Of a stretch of 59,573 nucleotides of DNA, positions 17,668-25,383 are shown piece after piece. The notes under the pieces are model-generated. The model made no database searches, was not told the origin of the DNA, and was given only the letters and a program-made list of their open reading frames with translations. Where the stretch lies: the IMG/VR virus record IMGVR_UViG_3300033141_001990, positions 1 through 59,573 of that record. One strand, 5' to 3'. Every line of letters starts with the position of its first letter. Positions within the stretch are counted from its first letter, which is position 1. The translations under genes and the position numbers were made by a program. Source of the DNA: a virus. Taxonomy: Duplodnaviria; Caudoviricetes.

Positions 17668-17700
17668 TCAATTTGAGTAGGAGACCCTCCTATCGGCCGC
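17668..17700 (-). promoter_or_regulatory. Bipartite motif copy 3
   Basis: tcaatttgagt-N9-tcctatcggccgc. Confidence 0.7.
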
Positions 17701-18460
17701 GAGTAGCCATGTGGATTATTGTTAGGCTGGCGTCGTGGTTTTGGGTTACGGAATACTCGCCCACGTCGTTCGCCATACCAAGGTCCTCGGCAAATGCGCT
17801 CGCGGCACTATGCTTGTTTAGGAACACAAACTTCTGAGAGGTTTGTGTGTATTCCTTGGTCCGGTCTTCGAGCATGATTGTGTTGCCGCAATATAGGGTA
17901 ACCAGCGGCTCTGGCACGCCACCGTGTTTGCGCATTAGCCTCTCGAAATGTCCCATTGAGCCATATCGCCAGAAGCCATAGCTCAATGATTGCAATTCGT
18001 GTGGTCCGAAGTAGCAGTCCGGTGGCGCATACTCGTTAAGGGTAGACATGAGATCGCTGAATAGCTCCGCCGCCTCGTCGCTATCCCACCAAGTGGCAAC
18101 ATGAGCCCAGTCTTTAAAGTTATCTAGGTTTATGGTGCCATTCGTTCCGCATTGATCGCACGGTAGGTCTTGATCGCACTTATCAACGCGCGTGCTGTTC
18201 CCAGCATTGAAGCCGCGCATAACTGCACACCTATCGCAAACAATGTCCGTCTGCTCGTGGTCGCCTTGCTCGGTATAGTAAGCCCTCTTAGCGCAGGCAT
18301 CAGGCCCGAATATACGCCTAGTAAAGTTGTCAGCCCTGCGTTTGTCTAGGTGTTTCAACCCTCCTATAAGCGCCAGAATGAGGTCCTCTTGGCTGTTGGT
18401 GGTATGGCTCCAAATTCCTACTCTCACGTTGCCGTAGTCGCTTGCTTGCTTATCAGTCAT
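17690..18460 (-). CDS. Hypothetical protein with inserted CxxC...CxxC element
   Basis: SHTT..EDLI, LNEYAP...YFG.H....YGFW phage orphan pattern. Confidence 0.65.
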   Translation of the reverse strand: MTDKQASDYGNVRVGIWSHTTNSQEDLILALIGGLKHLDKRRADNFTRRIFGPDACAKRAYYTEQGDHEQTDIVCDRCAVMRGFNAGNSTRVDKCDQDLPCDQCGTNGTINLDNFKDWAHVATWWDSDEAAELFSDLMSTLNEYAPPDCYFGPHELQSLSYGFWRYGSMGHFERLMRKHGGVPEPLVTLYCGNTIMLEDRTKEYTQTSQKFVFLNKHSAASAFAEDLGMANDVGEYSVTQNHDASLTIIHMATRGR

Positions 18461-18680
18461 CGGTCGTATCCTTATCTCTGTTGATTTGGTCGCTATCTAA
18501 TTCAGCTTGCGCCAGCTCCGGCTTACCGGAGGCAACCCAAGCGGCTTCGAGTACGGCGCGGTAGTTGTCGAAGTCTAGGTACTTCGCGACAGCGTAGGAC
18601 TCTGGAGCGTGCATCACTGCCCAATCATTAAGATCGAGAATGTCCGGGCGACGACTAGCCATGCTATCCCTACCGCTCAT
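18453..18680 (-). CDS. Hypothetical protein
   Basis: ATGA coupling at 18677-18680. Confidence 0.55.
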   Translation of the reverse strand: MSGRDSMASRRPDILDLNDWAVMHAPESYAVAKYLDFDNYRAVLEAAWVASGKPELAQAELDSDQINRDKDTTDD

Positions 18681-19384
18681 GATGCCACCTTGCCGGATAG
18701 AAATATGTGATCGCATAGAACGCGAAGATCAAGCGCGCCCTTCTTAGCACGCTCCACTAGATGACCGTTTTTGCTAGCGGTAGGCTCCACAAAGCCCGGA
18801 GTCCTCAGATGCGAAAGCTCCAAGGTGTGGAGCGCTTCGACCGCTTTATAGATTGCTTCGATCTTATCGTGCCTTTCTGCTAGCGCTTTAGCGGCTACAC
18901 TCTTCTTTTCTAACCATTCTCCCACACTCATTGGATGAGCTGTTTGTCGCATGACTTCTAAGGCAACCCGTGTAGTTCCCACAAGCGGATCTTCAAACCA
19001 ATCACCGGGCAGTGTGTAAGCTCGCATGCCTAACTCATGCTGTGAGTTAAGGTCACCGGCATTAGGGACACATGGGCTGCACTGGCTGCATAGCGTAGTG
19101 ATACTAGATTCGAGTACGAACACCATCGGAGCACCACCTAAGTAGGATAGCTCCAGGCTCATGCCGTCTTTCTCTAGCGAGTAACAGTCCTCTTCACCCA
19201 TATACTCGTCTGCAAATTCCTGCTCGTCACAATCGGGGTTTGTTTTCTGCCAGTCATCTAGCGCGGCTGCATATGACGTGTTCTTACCATGGTTGAAAAA
19301 CTCATCGTATACCCAATCCTTCAGGCTGTTCAGGTTTGTGACGCCATAGGCTATGTTGGTTTCTGGGTGTATGTTCGGTATCAT
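18677..19384 (-). CDS. Hypothetical protein
   Basis: PNI.PET.IAYGV N-terminus, CSPCVPNAGDL motif; AGGAG RBS. Confidence 0.65.
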   Translation of the reverse strand: MIPNIHPETNIAYGVTNLNSLKDWVYDEFFNHGKNTSYAAALDDWQKTNPDCDEQEFADEYMGEEDCYSLEKDGMSLELSYLGGAPMVFVLESSITTLCSQCSPCVPNAGDLNSQHELGMRAYTLPGDWFEDPLVGTTRVALEVMRQTAHPMSVGEWLEKKSVAAKALAERHDKIEAIYKAVEALHTLELSHLRTPGFVEPTASKNGHLVERAKKGALDLRVLCDHIFLSGKVAS

Positions 19385-19662
19385 ATGCTGTCTCCTTCTG
19401 TGCTTGGTGGTATTAACTGAAAGGCACTCATAAGAATGTCGTGCGCTGCGCTGTCGATGTTGCTGCTGACATAGCGCCACTCCACATCTGGGTTGTAATT
19501 ATCTGAGCCTAGTGGCCACTGGTCGATTAGTGCCTTAAGCGCTGCGACGGCGAATTTTAACTCGATAGCTTGTTGGTGATCCATCGGGCTATCAGCTTTA
19601 AGGGCTATAACAAAATGAGCCCCGACTAAGGCGGCGTGTATTCTCTCCAGTAGCAGTTTCAT
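19381..19662 (-). CDS. Hypothetical protein
   Basis: Coupled at both ends. Confidence 0.55.
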   Translation of the reverse strand: MKLLLERIHAALVGAHFVIALKADSPMDHQQAIELKFAVAALKALIDQWPLGSDNYNPDVEWRYVSSNIDSAAHDILMSAFQLIPPSTEGDSI

Positions 19663-20045
19663 TTAGCTACCCCCGTCAGCAGCCGTGTCCTTATGTCTGC
19701 TTTTTGTTTTCTGTATATGCGTTGACAATTCTTGCACGTCGCGTCGTGCTTCTGATTGGTCATAGGCAAGCGACCCTTGTCGAGATCCAGCAGCTTGGCT
19801 CCCGCGTAACATAGGGGAAAGCTCATGCCCCCGTTAACGTATAGCCGCGTATCCCTTATGTGTGTTTTGGGTTTGTATTGATCGCCATGTGGAAACCCGC
19901 AGGCCGCCAGGAATCTATCCTCGTTAAAGTTAGGCCCGAACTGCCGAAACATAACGGCATATTCCTGTGCCATAACCCATGCGGTGTAGCGGCGCGTCAT
20001 CTCACGCACCCGCTTAGCTGCGAAAATAAAATGTATCTTAGTCAT
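19659..20045 (-). CDS. Hypothetical protein
   Basis: PNFNEDRFLAACG motif plus C-terminal TCKNC. Confidence 0.6.
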   Translation of the reverse strand: MTKIHFIFAAKRVREMTRRYTAWVMAQEYAVMFRQFGPNFNEDRFLAACGFPHGDQYKPKTHIRDTRLYVNGGMSFPLCYAGAKLLDLDKGRLPMTNQKHDATCKNCQRIYRKQKADIRTRLLTGVAK

Positions 20046-20069
20046 GTCTTATCCCTTCGTTGCTGTGGT

Positions 20070-20102
20070 TCAATTTGAGTATCAAGTTGTCCTATCGCCC
20101 GT
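20070..20102 (-). promoter_or_regulatory. Bipartite motif copy 4
   Basis: tcaatttgagt-N9-tcctatcgcccgt. Confidence 0.7.
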
Positions 20103-20120
20103 GGTCACCCCCCGCGTATA

Positions 20121-20348
20121 TCATGAGTAATTCTCCTGCATTTGTGTGTATACCTCGTGAGCACCCGACCACTCGTGGTGCCCGTCTGCTATGCAACCTA
20201 CGGGTATGTTTTTGGGCTTACACGTGCGATCGATTAAGCACATCGTTCGGTAAAGCCGCGACCACATACCCCCGTGGTTAAGCACGCAGAAGGCATAGAT
20301 CCCTGCGATTAGGTCAAACCTATCTATCCCCATCTCTCTATTGCTCAT
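20121..20348 (-). CDS. Hypothetical protein
   Basis: DRFDLI..IY.FC...HGGMWSRLY; GGAG RBS. Confidence 0.6.
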   Translation of the reverse strand: MSNREMGIDRFDLIAGIYAFCVLNHGGMWSRLYRTMCLIDRTCKPKNIPVGCIADGHHEWSGAHEVYTQMQENYS

Positions 20349-20447
20349 TGCTTTCTCCATGTCCGTTGTTTGGTGAGTGTTTACAGGCATACATACACAA
20401 GGAATGCTGCTAGCAGCGCCCCGGCTAGAGCGTCTAGCGCATAGCGC

Positions 20448-20948
20448 TTAAGCCTCATCATGATCGCGATGCTCCGGGCAAACCCACCAAATAGGTTTCT
20501 CCATAGTGTCTACAGGCAACCACTTGGTGCATGCGCGGCAGTCTTCTCTTGGATCGCTCGTCGTGCTAGCGGGTGCATCTGGTATCTCAATAAGGCGACA
20601 CTCGCCATCGTGCAGATATACCCCCTCAGTATCGCTATACATGACGAAGGTTTTGTCGAGCATGAGGTCCGCTTCTGGATGTTGATCCGCAAGATCGGCT
20701 ATGCCTAACAAGTCTGCGGCATGAAGCCTCGTCAACACGACGATGTTGCCAAGCGGCGTGCGGTGATATGGGATCTCAGTACCGCTATGGTGGCTTCCCT
20801 GCTCACCCATGACCGGATCGTCTACATACTTACCCCCGCTAGGGTGCTGTACTGCGTGGCTAGGGTGAAACCTACGCCTAAGTCCGTGTGAGTGTAGTAG
20901 GGGATCAGGTTGTCCGTGGTGGCACGTTGTATGTTCAATTTTCAGCAT
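20448..20948 (-). CDS. His/Cys-rich hypothetical protein
   Basis: Starts right after motif copy 5; C-terminal CRAC...CPEH. Confidence 0.5.
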   Translation of the reverse strand: MLKIEHTTCHHGQPDPLLHSHGLRRRFHPSHAVQHPSGGKYVDDPVMGEQGSHHSGTEIPYHRTPLGNIVVLTRLHAADLLGIADLADQHPEADLMLDKTFVMYSDTEGVYLHDGECRLIEIPDAPASTTSDPREDCRACTKWLPVDTMEKPIWWVCPEHRDHDEA

Positions 20949-20957
20949 AATTTTCTT

Positions 20958-20990
20958 TCAATTTGAGTGGTTATGTTTCCTAACGGCCGC
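20958..20990 (-). promoter_or_regulatory. Bipartite motif copy 5
   Basis: tcaatttgagt-N9-tcctaacggccgc. Confidence 0.7.
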
Positions 20991-21021
20991 GATCCCGCGA
21001 TCCGAATTTTTTACTTTTGAG

Positions 21022-21255
21022 TTATGAAATGACGATCCAGTTGCCCCCCTTAGCCGTCACGTAGCAAGTGCCAATATTGCTATAGATGCAGCAGTAGACG
21101 CGCCGCCATCGCGGGCTACCCGGCAGCTTCACCATTCGCGTTGTTGGGATCTTTCTCCCATACCCGCTAGCCGTATAACTGAGGCCAGCCTTATGCCACC
21201 ACAGCGGCGCGTCCTTGGACTTCAGATCCTCCAACACATAGCTCTGAATGATCAT
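21022..21255 (-). CDS. Small phage early-type protein
   Basis: TASGYGRKIPT..MV....RWRRVY...YSN.GTCYV pattern; GGAGG RBS. Confidence 0.7.
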   Translation of the reverse strand: MIIQSYVLEDLKSKDAPLWWHKAGLSYTASGYGRKIPTTRMVKLPGSPRWRRVYCCIYSNIGTCYVTAKGGNWIVIS

Positions 21256-21341
21256 GATGAGCCTCCCGCCAGTGCGCTTATAGGCGCTATGTGGTGGCCC
21301 ATAAGCCTGCTACCCGTGAAATGTTTCGCTGATATGGTCAT
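21252..21341 (-). CDS. Possible 29-aa leader peptide
   Basis: MTISAKHF...AGGSS; ATGA-coupled to the next gene, directly after motif copy 6. Confidence 0.35.
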   Translation of the reverse strand: MTISAKHFTGSRLMGHHIAPISALAGGSS

Positions 21342-21350
21342 AATTTTCTC

Positions 21351-21383
21351 TCAATTTGTGGGGTTAATTTTCCTAACGCGCGA
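21351..21383 (-). promoter_or_regulatory. Bipartite motif copy 6
   Basis: tcaatttgtgg-N9-tcctaacgcgcga. Confidence 0.6.
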
Positions 21384-21406
21384 TAAAAATTTCCGCGCGC
21401 CGGAGC

Positions 21407-21439
21407 TGAATTTGAGCAATTTGGTGTCCTAAATGCGCG
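21407..21439 (-). promoter_or_regulatory. Bipartite motif copy 7
   Basis: tgaatttgagc-N9-tcctaaatgcgcg. Confidence 0.55.
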
Positions 21440-21717
21440 TGGACACGGGCGTGTATGTGTGCACGTCGCGCGTGCACGCATATGCACGTGCGCGCACACG
21501 TCGCGTGCCTGTGTTGTGATAGGTCCCCCCCCCGGGGGGCTTGCGTTGCCCGATCGGGGCAACTGGGAAGGGCACGATCGTGCTTTGCTCGGCTTGCAAG
21601 GGGGGCTGTACGTCGTTTCACTTTGCAAATGGCCTTGGACCCGTTCTGCCAGCAAACGGCCGTTAGAAGGCCAGCAAACGGGGAACGGCCGTATCCTCCG
21701 ATCATGGATAGATCGGG

Positions 21718-21909
21718 GGCTTGTCGCATGGCTTGTCGCATGGCTTGTCGCATGGCTTGTCGCATGGCTGGTCGCATGGTGGCTCGGCTCGGCTCGGCTT
21801 GGCTCGGCTCGGCTTGGCTTGGCTTGGCTCGGCTCGGCCTATGGTTGGCTCGGCTCGGGTTGGCTCGGCTCGGCCTATGGTTGGCTCGGCTCGGCCTATG
21901 GTTGGCTCG
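21718..21909. repeat. Composite tandem repeat tract
   Basis: 5 x 12-bp ggcttgtcgcat, then GGCTY pentamers and 3 x ggctcggctcggcctatggtt. Confidence 0.95.
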
Positions 21910-21986
21910 TGGCGGGTCTACAAACGCGAGAAAGCCGGCCCCCCCATGGAAGGGCGGCCGGCTTAGGCTAAGGGCTTGCGGGGGGG

Positions 21987-23459
21987 CTAGCTTGCGAGGG
22001 CTTGCGCTACCGCGACCGCTTGCTTCGGAGTCATGCCTGTTTCGACATAGCTTGCGACCGTTGATCGGAACGACATAGGCGCGGAGTCTACCGCTTGCGG
22101 CTTGGCTTTCGCCGGCTTGGCTTGCGGCTTGGCGAGCATTGCAGCCTTCCACAGTTTGCTCTCATCGCTTGCGATTGCATCGCGCTTGGCCTTGGCGACT
22201 TGGCTGGGCGTCAATGGCAGTGTTTCGGCGGTATATCCGTCCAGTGTCGTTTGATCTTGCCCCGGGGCAACTAGGCTAAATGCGATCGTTTGAAAGTGAA
22301 ACCTAGCCCGCTCATTTCCTACCCTATTTTGATAGTCCGCCACGACCGATCCAGACCCCGAAGTAGGCTCGAAAGTCGCGATCGTGCGATCCATTTCGGC
22401 AAGCGCTGTTTGAAGTTGCCGCGCCTCGAATTGGATAGACTTCGTTTGCACGATCACTGTTCCGGGCGTGAAGCACGCGGCAAGCCGCTTGCATACTCCA
22501 GGCGTGATCCCGCTAACCTTGACAACGGTAGACTCCGATCCGCGAATGATCGCGATACATGCCTTGGCATAGCCCGCGATCGGGTGGGTTTCGGCGCTAC
22601 TGAAGTCCACCTTAGATCGCTTGCGCTTGCGAGCCTGTTTCGGCGCGACAACCTGAACTGGTACGTTTGGCGACGTTTGGCCGGCTTCGGCTTGCCTAGC
22701 GCGCTCGATCGCTTTGGAGAGCAAACCAAATGCGGCTTGGCATCCTTTGTCGGTTGTCAAGTCCAGATTATTGAAATCAGCAACGGCGCAGCCCTTGTCA
22801 TATGCGCTAGCGATCTGATTTCGTTTGGGCGCGGTAGCAGGCTCGGCCGCGGTACGCTTGGGAAGGGGGGGCGGCGTTGCCTTGGCTTGCGCCTTGGCTT
22901 TTCTGTTCATGTTGTAGGCGCGGTTTTTAACCTCCAATTCTTCCATGGCCTTGGCCTTGCGCGTAGCCTTGGCTTGTGCCCGATCGTTCGCCTTGGCTTG
23001 GGCCTTTGCGGCGTTTGCGTTTGCATACTCGGTACAAACCCCCTGCATTGCAGCTTGGCGAGCCCGATCGCGATACAGAACATATCCGGACTTTTCCACC
23101 CACTGATCGACTAGCGGGCTAGTGTTATCCGTTCCCGCGTATACCGTGACCGCTTGCCCGCAAATACCGCTATCCTTGTCATAAGCCTTTGAGATCATGA
23201 AGTTATGATCCGAATAATACTTGCGTAGGGTGGTGGTCGCTTTTTTGTTAGCTTGATAGTCCGCCTTGGTTTTAGTGATCACTTTCTCGCGCGGTACCGT
23301 ATCAAGCCAAACCCGTGCGTCTTGTACGGGTACGGGTGGCGCTTGTACGGGTGGCGCTTGTACGGGTGGCGCTTGTGCTGGTGCCTGCTCGGCTTGTGCT
23401 TGTGCTGGTGCTGGTGCGAGCATGGAAAGAATGCTTTGCAGTTTCGATGAGGTGTTCAT
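21987..23459 (-). CDS. 490-aa Ala/Lys/Gln-rich orphan protein
   Basis: AAGGGA RBS, own sigma70-like promoter, QAPPV x3 linker. Confidence 0.75.
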   Translation of the reverse strand: MNTSSKLQSILSMLAPAPAQAQAEQAPAQAPPVQAPPVQAPPVPVQDARVWLDTVPREKVITKTKADYQANKKATTTLRKYYSDHNFMISKAYDKDSGICGQAVTVYAGTDNTSPLVDQWVEKSGYVLYRDRARQAAMQGVCTEYANANAAKAQAKANDRAQAKATRKAKAMEELEVKNRAYNMNRKAKAQAKATPPPLPKRTAAEPATAPKRNQIASAYDKGCAVADFNNLDLTTDKGCQAAFGLLSKAIERARQAEAGQTSPNVPVQVVAPKQARKRKRSKVDFSSAETHPIAGYAKACIAIIRGSESTVVKVSGITPGVCKRLAACFTPGTVIVQTKSIQFEARQLQTALAEMDRTIATFEPTSGSGSVVADYQNRVGNERARFHFQTIAFSLVAPGQDQTTLDGYTAETLPLTPSQVAKAKRDAIASDESKLWKAAMLAKPQAKPAKAKPQAVDSAPMSFRSTVASYVETGMTPKQAVAVAQALAS

Positions 23460-23521
23460 TTGTTGTTTCCCTTTTTTGTTGCTGTTGTTTTGCCGCCGTT
23501 TGCCGCCGGCTACGCCCCCCC

Positions 23522-23550
23522 CGGATACACTAGTTCCCTTTTGGCGTCAA
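23522..23550 (-). promoter_or_regulatory. Sigma70-like promoter
   Basis: Sense TTGACG-N17-TATCCG. Confidence 0.55.
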
Positions 23551-23567
23551 TCCCTTTTCTGATCTTG

Positions 23568-23744
23568 GCCGAAACCCCTTGTTTCAAAGGGTCAATCGGA
23601 TCTTGTCGGTCCTTCGCTGTGTTTTTTGACGGGCCCCCGGGGGGCTGTTTTCGGGGTCTACTTTGGATCGTAAAACGCTTGTTTTCACGGTGTTTTCGGC
23701 CACAATTCGCCGAAACCCCTTGTTTTCTAGGGTCAATCGGATCT
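23568..23744. repeat. Two 36-bp direct repeats (23568-23603, 23709-23744)
   Basis: gccgaaaccccttgttt(caa/tct)agggtcaatcggatct. Confidence 0.9.
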
Positions 23745-23757
23745 GGGCGGCACGATC

Positions 23758-23818
23758 GCCCCCCAGGTTGCCCCCCAGGTTGCCCCCCAGGTTGCCCCCC
23801 AGGTTGCCCCCCCCCAGG
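23758..23818. repeat. 12-bp tandem repeat gccccccaggtt (4 full copies + 1 variant)
   Basis: Read directly; five G6+ runs on the minus strand. Confidence 0.95.
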
Positions 23819-23921
23819 ACTAGGTGCCGGATTCAAATGAAAGCCCCCGGATCTGGCGACCTAAATTGCAATATTGCTTAGCTTTTCGGGCTAGGTTGCG
23901 TTCCAGGTAGCACGATCGGCC

Positions 23922-23956
23922 AAAAAAAAGGGCCACCCCCGGTTAGGGGTGGCCCT
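23922..23956 (-). terminator. Intrinsic terminator
   Basis: Sense agggccacccc-taacc-gggggtggccc followed by T8. Confidence 0.85.
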
Positions 23957-23977
23957 CATGGGCGACGTTCTGATCGT

Positions 23978-24244
23978 CTACCAGTTAACGAAGCGCTGGC
24001 AGACTAGGCGATCGCCAACCTGCCACGCGTAGCCTCCACTATCGCTGCAGGCTTCTATGTCGCCCTCGTGGGCCGGAATAGACCACACACAAGCGAAGCC
24101 CCCCGGACTATGCGGTACTTCGTCAATCCGCCACCCGTGCCCCGTATCGGCTATCGCTTGGCAGTAGCCGTCCGTCCACCCATCGCCGTAGTCGTGACTG
24201 GGCGATAGTGACGCTATCAGGATTGCGATCATGGTGGCGATCAT
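23978..24244 (-). CDS. Small exported Cys-containing protein
   Basis: Hydrophobic N-terminus, four Cys. Confidence 0.6.
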   Translation of the reverse strand: MIATMIAILIASLSPSHDYGDGWTDGYCQAIADTGHGWRIDEVPHSPGGFACVWSIPAHEGDIEACSDSGGYAWQVGDRLVCQRFVNW

Positions 24245-24507
24245 GAGTTACCCCCATAATATTCCGACACGCTGTTATAGCCCTTGCGATCCATGGTGCG
24301 GGCCATGGAGATCATCATGTCGGAGCACAGCTTTTGCCTAGCGCTAGCGCTTAGCTTAAGCCCTTCGATCTTCATTACGCCGGCCGTTCTGATCCATTCA
24401 CTGATCCACATAGTTGCCGCGGCTTCATGGAGCGTAGGTGCGGCCGTTGTAGGGCTTTGGTGCCCACGTGTCGTGATAGGCGCGGCTTCATGGTTGGAGT
24501 GCTTCAT
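24241..24507 (-). CDS. Hypothetical protein
   Basis: GGAGG RBS, ATGA coupling at both ends. Confidence 0.55.
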   Translation of the reverse strand: MKHSNHEAAPITTRGHQSPTTAAPTLHEAAATMWISEWIRTAGVMKIEGLKLSASARQKLCSDMMISMARTMDRKGYNSVSEYYGGNS

Positions 24508-24890
24508 GAGTTACCTCCGATCGCAAGCCGGGCGCGGGTGGCCCGGATAGCGGCTTGGGTATCCTGATCGCGCCGATATTCATCGATCGCGCTAGCAATG
24601 CACGTCAACGCGAGCAAACCGAGAAAGGGCACAAGATAGCCTAGCGCGCCGATCACGACGATCGCAGGACTAGCTAGCAGGATCGCGATCAGTAGGTTGT
24701 GCGCCGACTGTTTAGCGATTGACGCGATCGGCGTAGGTCGCGCGACGATAGGACTAGGCCGATCGCCTAACACTAGTTGCGCGTTGTGCGTTGTGTCCCA
24801 GATCTCGGTCATGCGATCCAGTGCATCACCGGCTCCGGATCTATGGTTGTCACGCAAACCGAGATAGCGCCTAAGCGTTTCGATCTTCAT
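24504..24890 (-). CDS. Membrane protein (two TM segments)
   Basis: LLIAILLASPAIVVIGALGYLVPFLGLLALTCIA; TAATG coupling at 24890. Confidence 0.6.
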   Translation of the reverse strand: MKIETLRRYLGLRDNHRSGAGDALDRMTEIWDTTHNAQLVLGDRPSPIVARPTPIASIAKQSAHNLLIAILLASPAIVVIGALGYLVPFLGLLALTCIASAIDEYRRDQDTQAAIRATRARLAIGGNS

Positions 24891-25279
24891 TACGCCACCC
24901 GCCGATCGGAACTGGTCATAGCTTGCCATGCACGGGTGATCATCTTGCTCGGCCGGTCATACCAGCGATGGGGGCCAACTTTGCCAGTGACTCGCGGCTT
25001 ATCCGCTTGCTCTGCCGCATATGCCTCCATGTTGCGGGTGTATTGATACGGGTAGACGATGGGCATCACCTCATCCGGATCAAGCGTTGCCAAGTCGGCG
25101 TCATCGCCAAACCCCGGCTGGCCGTAGTTAAGCATGAGGCCCCAAAAGACCTTTTCCGATAGGTCCCGCGTGATTTCAGTTTTAGGCCAGTTAGCTAGGT
25201 TTGCCGCGTCACAGTAGGCAAGTGACGTGAATGCAACTTCGTTTGGGTTAGCTAGTGTCGATGTTTCCGAGATAGTCAT
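24890..25279 (-). CDS. Hypothetical protein, first gene of the island operon
   Basis: AAGGA RBS before ATG 25279. Confidence 0.6.
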   Translation of the reverse strand: MTISETSTLANPNEVAFTSLAYCDAANLANWPKTEITRDLSEKVFWGLMLNYGQPGFGDDADLATLDPDEVMPIVYPYQYTRNMEAYAAEQADKPRVTGKVGPHRWYDRPSKMITRAWQAMTSSDRRVA

Positions 25280-25354
25280 TTGATGTTTCCTTTTATTGTG
25301 GTTTCCCAGTTTCCCGCTGGGATGCTGTCCCGCTAAGCGCGCTAAGCGCTTAAG

Positions 25355-25383
25355 CGAATACCCATGTATTCGGCCGGCGTCAA
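25355..25383 (-). promoter_or_regulatory. Sigma70-like promoter
   Basis: Sense TTGACG-N17-TATTCG, near-identical boxes to 23522-23550. Confidence 0.55.

Noticed and set aside
21012-21045. Eighth copy of the bipartite motif (ttttgagt)
   Set aside because: Lacks the TCCT box at the fixed spacing
21373-22152. Overlapping ORFs on both strands across the tandem repeats
   Set aside because: Low-complexity translations caused by stop-free repeats; no RBS
22290-23114. 274-aa plus-strand ORF
   Set aside because: Antisense shadow of the 490-aa gene, which has the RBS and promoter
23568-23744. CRISPR mini-array from the 36-bp repeats
   Set aside because: Only two copies, 105-bp gap, no cas genes; the PD-(D/E)XK nuclease sits in a recombination module
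23460-23881. ORFs spanning the direct and tandem repeats
   Set aside because: Repeat-derived, overlap a promoter region, no RBS
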